Shown here piece by piece: positions 55,921 to 64,000 of a DNA stretch of 64,000 nucleotides. This stretch comes from Eledone cirrhosa (Eukaryota): assembly GCA_964016885.1 (NCBI GenBank), contig OZ024743.1:173972001-174036000 (forward strand), in the 5' to 3' direction. Within the stretch, counting starts at the first letter, position 1; every line of letters starts with the position of its first letter. Made by a program: the position numbers and the translations under genes. The notes under the pieces were generated by a model. That model worked only from the letters and a program-made list of their open reading frames with translations. It was not told the DNA's origin and made no database searches.

Positions 55921-58900
55921 CTAGGGTATGAACCCTCTCTTAGTGTCCTCCTCCAATACTACAGACACACACTCAGGGCTAGGGTATGAACCCTCTCTTA
56001 GTGTCCTCCTCCAATACTACAGACACACACTCAGGGCTAGGGTATGAACCCTCTCTTAGTTGTCATCCTCCAATACTAGACACACACTCAGGGCTAGGGT
56101 ATGTACCCTCTCTTAGTTGTCTTCCTCCAATACTACAGACACACACTCAGGGCTAGGGTATGAACCCTCTCTTAGTTGTCCTCCTCCAATACTACAGACA
56201 CACACTCAGGGCTAGGGTATGAACCCTCTCTTAGTTGTCCTCCTCCAATACTACAGACACACACTCGGGGCTACGGTATGTACCCTCTCCCAGTTGTTCT
56301 CCTCCAATACTACAGACACACACTCAGGGCTAGGGTATGAACCCTCTCTTAGTTGTCCTCCTCCAATACTACAGACACACACTCAGGGCTAGGGTATGAA
56401 CCCTCTCCTAGTTGTCCTCCTCCAATACTACAGACACACACTCAGGGCTAGGGTATGAACCCTCTCTTAGTTGTCCTCCTCCAATACTACAGACACACAC
56501 TCAGGGCTAGGGTATGAACCCTCTCCTAGTTGTCCTCCTCCAATACTACAGACACACACTCAGGGCTAGGGTATGAACCCTCTCTTAGTTGTCCTCCTCC
56601 AATACTACAGACACACACTCAGGGCTAGGGTATGAACCCTCTCTTAGTTGTCCTCCTCCAATACTACAGACACACACTCAGGGCTAGGGTATTAACCCTC
56701 TCTTAGTTGTCCTCCTCCAATACTACAGACACACACTCAGGGCTAGGGTATTAACCCTCTCTTAGTTCTCCTCCAATACTACAGACACACACTCAGGGCT
56801 AGGGTATGAACCCTCTCTTAGTTGTCCTCCTCCAATACTACAGACACACACTCAGGGCTAGGGTATTAACCCTCTCTTAGTTGTCCTCCTCCAATACTAC
56901 AGACACACACTCAGGGCTAGGGTATGAACCCTCTCTTAGTTGTCCTCCTCCAATACTACAGACACACACTCAGGGCTAGGGTATGAACCCTCTTTTAGTT
57001 GTCCTCCTCCAATACTACAGACACAGACTCAGGGCTAGGGTATGAACCCTCTATTAGTTGTCCTTCTCCAATACTACAGACACACACTCAGGGCTAGAGT
57101 ATTAACCCTCTCTTAGTTGTCCTCCTCCAATACTACAGACACACACTCAGGGCTAGGGTATGAACCCTCTCTTAGTTGTCCTCCTCCAATACTACAGACA
57201 CACACTCAGGGCTAGGGTATGAACCCTCTCTTAGTTGTCCTCCTCCAATACTACAGACACACACTCAGGGCTAGGGTATTAACCCTCTCTTAGTTGTCCT
57301 CCTCCAATACTACAGACAGACACTCAGGGCTAGGGTATTAACCCTCTCTTAGTTGTCCTCCTCCAATACTAGACACACACTCAGGGCTAGGGTATGTACC
57401 CTCTCCTAGTTGTCCTCCTCCAATACTACAGACACACACTCAGGGCTAGGGTATGAACCCTCTCTTAGTTGTCCTCCTCCAATACTACAGACACACACTC
57501 AGGGCTAGGGTATGACCCCTCTCTTAGTTGTCGTCCTCCAATAATAGACACACACTCAGGGCTAGGGTATGAACCCTCTCTTAGTTGTCCTCCTCCAATA
57601 CTACAGACACACACTCAGGGCTAGGGTATGAACCCTCTCTTAGTTGTCCTCCTCCAATACTACAGACACACACTCAGAGCTAGGGTATGAACCCTCTCTT
57701 AGTTGTCCTCCTCCAATACTACAGACACACACTCAGGGCTAGGGTATGAACCCTCTCTTAGGTGTCCTCCTCCAATACTAGACACACACTCAGGGCTAGG
57801 GTATGTACCCTCTCTTAGTTGTCGTCCTCCAATACTAGACACACACTCAGGGCTAGGGTATGTACCCTCTCTTAGTTGTCTTCCTCCAATACTACAGACA
57901 CACACTCAGGGCTAGGGTATGTACCTTCTCCTAGTTGTCCTCCTCCAATACTACAGACACACACTCTGGGCTAGGGTATGAACCCTCTCTTAGGTGTCCT
58001 CCTCCAATACTAGACACACACCCAGGGCTAGGGTATGTACCCTCTCTTAGTTGTCGTCCTCCAATACTAGACACACACTCAGGGCAAGGGTATGTACCCT
58101 CTCTTAGTTGTCTTCCTCCAATACTACAGACACACACTCAGGGCTAGGGTATGTACCCTCTCTTAGTTGTCCTCCTCCAATACTACAGACACACACTCAG
58201 GGCTAGGGTATGAACGCTCTCCCAGTTGTCCTCCTCCAATACTACAGACACACACTCAGGGCTAGGGTATGAACGCTCTCCCAGTTGTCCTCCTCCAATA
58301 CTACAGACACACACTCAGGGCTAGGGTATGAACCCTCTCCCAGTTGTCCTCCTCCAATACTACAGACACACACTCAGGGCTAGGGTATGTACCCTCTCTT
58401 AGTTGTCGTCTTCCAATACTACAGACACACACTCAGGGCTAGGGTATGAACGCTCTCCCAGTTGTCCTCTTCCAATACTACAGACACACACTCAGGGCTA
58501 GGGTATGAACGCTCTCCCAGTTGTCCTCCTCCAATACTACAGACACACACTCAGGGCTAGGGTATGAACCCTCTCCCAGTTGTCCTCCTCCAATACTACA
58601 GACACACACTCAGGGCTAGGGTATGAACGCTCTCCCAGTTGTCCTCCTCCAATACTACAGACACACACTCAGGGCTAGGGTATGTACCCTCTCTTAGTTG
58701 TCCTCTTCCCATACTACAGACACACACTCAGGGCTAGGGTATGAACGCTCTCCTAGTTGTCCTCCTCCAATACTACAGACACACACTCTGGGCTAGGGTA
58801 TGAACCCTCTCTTAGTTGTCCTCCTCCAATACTACAGACACACACTCAGGGCTAGGGTATGAACCCTCTCTTAGGTGTCCTCCTCCAATACTAGACACAC

Positions 58901-61900
58901 ACTCAGGGCTAGGGTATGTACCCTCTCTTAGTTGTCATCCTCCAATACTAGACACACACTCAGGGCTAGGGTATGTACCCTCTCTTAATTGTCTTCCTCC
59001 AATACTACAGACACACACTCAGGGCTAGGGTATGTACCCTCTCCTAGATGTCCTCCTCCAATACTACAGACACACACTCAGGGCTAGGGTATGAACCCTC
59101 TCTTAGTTGTCCTCCTCCAATACTACAGACACACACTCAGGGCTAGGGTATGAACCCTCTCTTAGTTGTCCTCCTCCAATACTACAGACACACACTCAGG
59201 GCTAGTGTATGTACCCTCTCCCAGTTGTTCTCCTCCAATACTACAGACACACACTCAGGGCTAGGGTATGAACCCTCTCTTAGTTGTCCTCCTCCAATAC
59301 TACAGACACACACTCAGGGCTAGGGTATGAACCCTCTCCTAGTTGTCCTCCTCCAATACTACAGACACACACTCAGGGCTAGGGTATGAACCCTCTCTTA
59401 GTTGTCCTCCTCCAATACTACAGACACACACTCAGGGCTAGGGTATGAACCCTCTCTTAGTTGTCCTCCTCCAATACTACAGACACACACTCAGGGCTAG
59501 GGTATGAACCCTCTCCTAGTTGTCCTCCTCCAATACTACAGACACACACTCAGGGCTAGGGTATGAACCCTCTCTTAGTTGTCCTCCTCCAATACTACAG
59601 ACACACACTCAGGGCTAGGGTATTAACCCTCTCTTTGTTGTCCTCCTCCAATACTACAGACACACACTCAGGGCTAGGGTATGAACCCTCTCTTAGTTGT
59701 CCTCCTCCAATACTACAGACACACACTCAGGGCTAGGGTATTAACCCTCTCTTAGTTGTCCTCCTCCAATACTACAGACACACACTCAGGGCTAGGGTAT
59801 GAACCCTCTCTTAGTTGTCCTCCTCCAATACTACAGACACACACTCAGGGCTAGGGTATTAACCCTCTCTTAGTTGTCCTCCTCCAATACTACGGACACA
59901 CACTCAGGTCTAGGGTATGAACCCTCTCTTAGTTGTCCTCCTCCAATACTACAGACACACACTCAGGGCTAGGGTATGAACCCTCTTTTAGTTGTCCTCC
60001 TCCAATACTACAGACACACACTCAGGGCTAGGGTATGAACCCTCTATTAGTTGTCCTTCTCCAATACTACAGACACACACTCAGGGCTAGAGTATTAACC
60101 CTCTCTTAGTTGTCCTCCTCCAATACTACAGACACACACTCAGGGCTAGGGTATGAACCCTCTCTTAGTTGTCCTCCTCCAATACTACAGACACACACTC
60201 AGGGCTAGGGTATGAACCCTCTCTTAGTTGTCCTCCTCCAATACTACAGACACACACTCAGGGCTAGGGTATTAACCCTCTCTTAGTTGTCCTCCTCCAA
60301 TACTACAGACACACACTCAGGGCTAGGGTATTAACCCTCTCTTAGTTGTCCTCCTCCAATACTAGACACACACTCAGGGCTAGGGTATGAACCCTCTTTT
60401 AGTTGTCCTCCTCCAATACTACAGACACACACTCAGGGCTAGGGTATGAACCCTCTCTTAGTTGTCCTCCTCCAATACTACAGACACACACTCAGGGCTA
60501 GGGTATTAACCCTCTCTTAGTTGTCCTCCTCCAATACTACAGACACACACTCAGGGCTAGGGTATGAACCCTCTCTTAGTTGTCCTCCTCCAATACTACA
60601 GACACACACTCAGGGCTAGGGTATGAACCCTCTCTTAGTTGTCCTCCTCCAATACTACAGACACACACTCAGGGCTAGGGTATGAACCCTCTTTTAGTTG
60701 TCCTCCTCCAATACTACAGACACACACTCAGGGCTAGGGTATTAACCCTCTCTTAGTTGTCCTCCTCCAATACTAGACACACACTCAGGGCTAGGGTATG
60801 AACCCTCTTTTAGTTGTCCTCCTCCAATACTACAGACACACACTCAGGGCTAGGGTATGATCCCTCTCTTAGTTGCCCTCCTCCAATACTACAGACACAC
60901 ACTCAGGGCTAGGGTATTAACCCTCTCTTAGTTGTCCTCCTCCAATACTACAGACACACACTCAGGGCTAGGGTATGAACCCTCTCTTAGTTGTCCTCCT
61001 CCAATACTACAGACACACACTCAGGGCTAGGGTATGAACCCTCTCTTAGTTGTCCTCCTCCAATACTACAGACACACACTCAGGGCTAGGGTATTAACCC
61101 TCTCTTAGTTGCCCTCCTCCAATACTACAGACACACACTCAGGGCTAGGGTATGAACCCTCTCTTAGTTGTCCTCCTCCAATACTACAGACACACACTCA
61201 GGGCTAGGGTATGAACCCTCTCTTAGTTGTCCTCCTCCAATACTACAGACACACACTCAGGGCTAGGGTATTAACCCTCTTTTAGTTGTCCTCCTCCAAT
61301 ACTACAGACACACACTCAGGGCTAGGGTATTAACCCTCTCTTAGTTGTCCTCCTCCAATACTAGACACACACTCAGGGCTAGGGTATGAACCCTCTTTTA
61401 GTTGTCCTCCTCCAATACTACAGACACACACTCAGGGCTAGGGTATGAACCCTCTCTTAGTTGCCCTCCTCCAATACTACAGACACACACTCAGGGCTAG
61501 GGTATTAACCCTCTCTTAGTTGTCCTCCTCCAATACTACAGACACACACTCAGGGCTAGGGTATGAACCCTCTCTTAGTTGTTCTCCTCCAATACTACAG
61601 ACACACACTCAGGGCTAGGGTATGAACCCTCTCTTAGTTGTCCTCCTCCAATACTACAGACACACACTCAGGGCTAGGGTATTAACCCTCTCTTAGTTGT
61701 CCTCCTCCAATACTACAGACACACACTCAGGGCTAGGGTATTAACCCTCTCTTAGTTGTCCTCCTCCAATACTAGACACACACTCAGGGCTAGGGTATGA
61801 ACCCTCTTTTAGTTGTCCTCCTCCAATACTACAGACACACACTCAGGGCTAGGGTATGTAACCTCTCCTAGTTGTCCTCCTCCAATACTACAGACACACA

Positions 61901-64000
61901 CTCAGGGCTAGGGTATGAACCCTCTCTTAGTTGTCCTCCAATACTACAGACACACACTCAGGGCTAGGGTATGTAACCTCTCCTAGTTGTCCTCCTCCAA
62001 TACTACAGACACACACTCAGGGCTAGGGTATGAACCCTCTCTTAGTTGTCCTCCTCCAATACTACAGACACACACTCAGGGCTAGGGTATGAACCCTCTC
62101 TTAGTTGTCGTCCTCCAATACTAGACACACACTCAGGGCTAGGGTATGAACCCTCTATTAGTTGTCCTTCTCCAATACTACAGACACACACTCAGGGCTA
62201 GGGTATGAACCCTCTCTTAGTTGTCCTCCTCCAATACTACAGACACACACTCAGGGCTAGGGTATGAACCCTCTCTTAGGTGTCCTCCTCCAATACTACA
62301 GACACACACTCAGAGCTAGGGTATGAACCCTCTCTTAGTTGTCCTCCTCCAATACTACAGACACACACTCAGGGCTAGGGTATGAACCCTCTCTTAGGTG
62401 TCCTCCTCCAATACTAGACACACACTCAGGGCTAGGGTATGTACCCTCTCTTAGTTGTCATCCTCCAATACTAGACACACACTCAGGGCTAGGGTATGTA
62501 CCCTCTCTTAGTTGTCTTCCTCCAATACTACAGACACACACTCAGGGCTAGGGTATGTACCCTCTCCTAGATGTCCTCCTCCAATACTACAGACACACAC
62601 TCAGGGCTAGGGTATGAACCCTCTCTTAGTTGTCCTCCTCCAATACTACAGACACACACTCAGGGCTAGGGTATGAACCCTCTCTTAGTTGTCCTCCTCC
62701 AATACTACAGACACACACTCAGGGCTAGGGTATGTACCCTCTCCCAGTTGTTCTCCTCCAATACTACAGACACACACTCAGGGCTAGGGTATGAACCCTC
62801 TCTTAGTTGTCCTCCTCCAATACTACAGACACACACTCAGGGCTAGGGTATGAACCCTCTCCTAGTTGTCCTCCTCCAATACTACAGACACACACTCAGG
62901 TCTAGGGTATGAACCCTCTCTTAGTTGTCCTCCTCCAATACTACAGACACACACTCAGGGCTAGGGTATGAACCCTCTCCTAGTTGTCCTCCTCCAATAC
63001 TACAGACACACACTCAGGGCTAGGGTATGAACCCTCTCTTAGTTGTCCTCCTCCAATACTACAGACACACACTCAGGGCTAGGGTATGAACCCTCTCTTA
63101 GTTGTCCTCCTCCAATACTACAGACACACACTCAGGGCTAGGGTATTAACCCTCTCTTAGTTGTCCTCCTCCAATACTACAGACACACACTCAGGGCTAG
63201 TGTATGAACCCTCTCTTAGTTGTCCTCCTCCAATACTACAGACACACACTCAGGGCTAGGGTATGAACCCTCTCTTAGTTGTCCTCCTCCAATACTACAG
63301 ACACACACTCAGGGCTAGGGTATGAACCCTCTCTTAGTTGTCCTCCTCCAATACTACAGACACACACTCAGGGCTAGGGTATGAACCCTCTTTTAGTTGT
63401 CCTCCTCCAATACTACAGACACACACTCAGGGCTAGGGTATGAACCCTCTATTAGTTGTCCTTCTCCAATACTACAGACACACACTCAGGGCTAGAGTAT
63501 TAACCCTCTCTTAGTTGTCCTCCTCCAATACTACAGACACACTCAGGGCTAGGGTATGAACCCTCTCTTAGTTGTCCTCCTCCAATACTACAGACACACA
63601 CTCAGGGCTAGGGTATGAACCCTCTCTTAGTTGTCCTCCTCCAATACTACAGACACACACTCAGGGCTAGGGTATTAACCCTCTCTTAGTTGTCCTCCTC
63701 CAATACTACAGACAGACACTCAGGGCTAGGGTATTAACCCTCTCTTAGTTGTCCTCCTCCAATACTAGACACACACTCAGGGCTAGGGTATGAACCCTCT
63801 TGTAGTTGTCCTCCTCCAATACTACAGACACACACTCAGGGCTAGGGTATGAACCCTCTTTTAGTTGTCCTCCTCCAATACTACAGACACACACTCAGGG
63901 CTAGGGTATGTAACCTCTCCTAGTTGTCCTCCTCCAATACTACAGACACACACTCAGGGCTAGGGTATGAACCCTCTCTTAGTTGTCCTCCTCCAATACT
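55920..64000 (+). repeat. Variant domain A' (return to domain-A monomer order)
   Basis: Same ordered variants as ~15-22 kb and ~22.4-29.3 kb. ORFs 57703/57935/58816/62339 mirror 16616/16848/17729/21255. Confidence 0.88.

Larger units (their letters stand above)
1..64000 (+). repeat. Tandem satellite array, 59-bp monomer (~1,090 copies, single orientation, runs off both window edges)
   Basis: The unit AACCCTCTCTTAGTTGTCCTCCTCCAATACTACAGACACACACTCAGGGCTAGGGTATG recurs throughout, shifting by 1 base per 60-base line (period 59). Monomers typically differ from consensus at 0-3 positions. A common 57-bp variant has TACTACAG->TACTAG. No inversion or foreign insertion seen. Confidence 0.99.

Noticed and set aside
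836-62551. Repeated 62-90 aa ORFs on both strands (MSSSNTTDTHSGLGY..., MCVCSIGGRQLREG...)
   Set aside because: They arise where 57-bp (multiple of 3) or other length-variant monomers hold a stop-free frame for 3-4 units. Most begin at non-ATG codons such as TTG, they overlap antisense to each other, and the 59-bp consensus shifts frame into stops. There is no gene context.
1-64000. CRISPR-like array (conserved part plus variable part, with a hairpin)
   Set aside because: There are no unique spacers: the variable half differs by only 1-3 bases between units. No cas genes or leader are present.
1-64000. Satellite-encoded hammerhead ribozyme (as in newt satellite 2 or schistosome Sm-alpha)
   Set aside because: The core CTGANGA and GAAA motifs are absent from the consensus on both strands. 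The minus strand has only CTGAGTG.
1-64000. True telomeric array or canonical G-quadruplex
   Set aside because: There are no tandem TTAGGG runs. Each monomer has only two GGG tracts on + (the next pair is ~50 bp away), and GGAGGAGG plus one GGG on -, so at most a weak two-tier G4.
1-64000. 3 x 59 = 177 bp nucleosome-length unit
   Set aside because: The arithmetic is suggestive, but I see no consistent trimer periodicity in the variant order. It would need MNase phasing data.

Overview
The whole 64 kb window is one uninterrupted head-to-tail tandem satellite array in a single orientation. It holds roughly 1,090 copies of a 59-bp monomer (consensus AACCCTCTCTTAGTTGTCCTCCTCCAATACTACAGACACACACTCAGGGCTAGGGTATG; 29/59 GC; no CpG in the consensus). 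I see no unique sequence, gene, RNA gene, transposon or CRISPR spacer. All listed ORFs are by-products of 57-bp or other length-variant monomers. I do not recognise the satellite family or the organism; a eukaryotic satellite or macro-minisatellite is inferred. The information lies in the order of monomer variants. There are three variant domains: A at ~1-30.5 kb, B at ~30.5-53.9 kb, and A' at ~56-64 kb after a near-consensus tract. Nested block duplications have offsets of 232, 472, 760, 2356, 2871, 3701, 6519, ~8240, ~11.1-11.3 kb and ~34.6/41.1 kb, and some can be ordered in time from shared rare variants. The monomer carries telomere-variant-like hexamers (TCAGGG CTAGGG) facing an inverted (T/G)AACCC, forming an imperfect palindrome. 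Variant series suggest CpG gain followed by deamination. Offsets were read by eye from marker variants and the ORF track, and block boundaries are approximate. I found no evidence of a protein-coding or RNA-based novel system.
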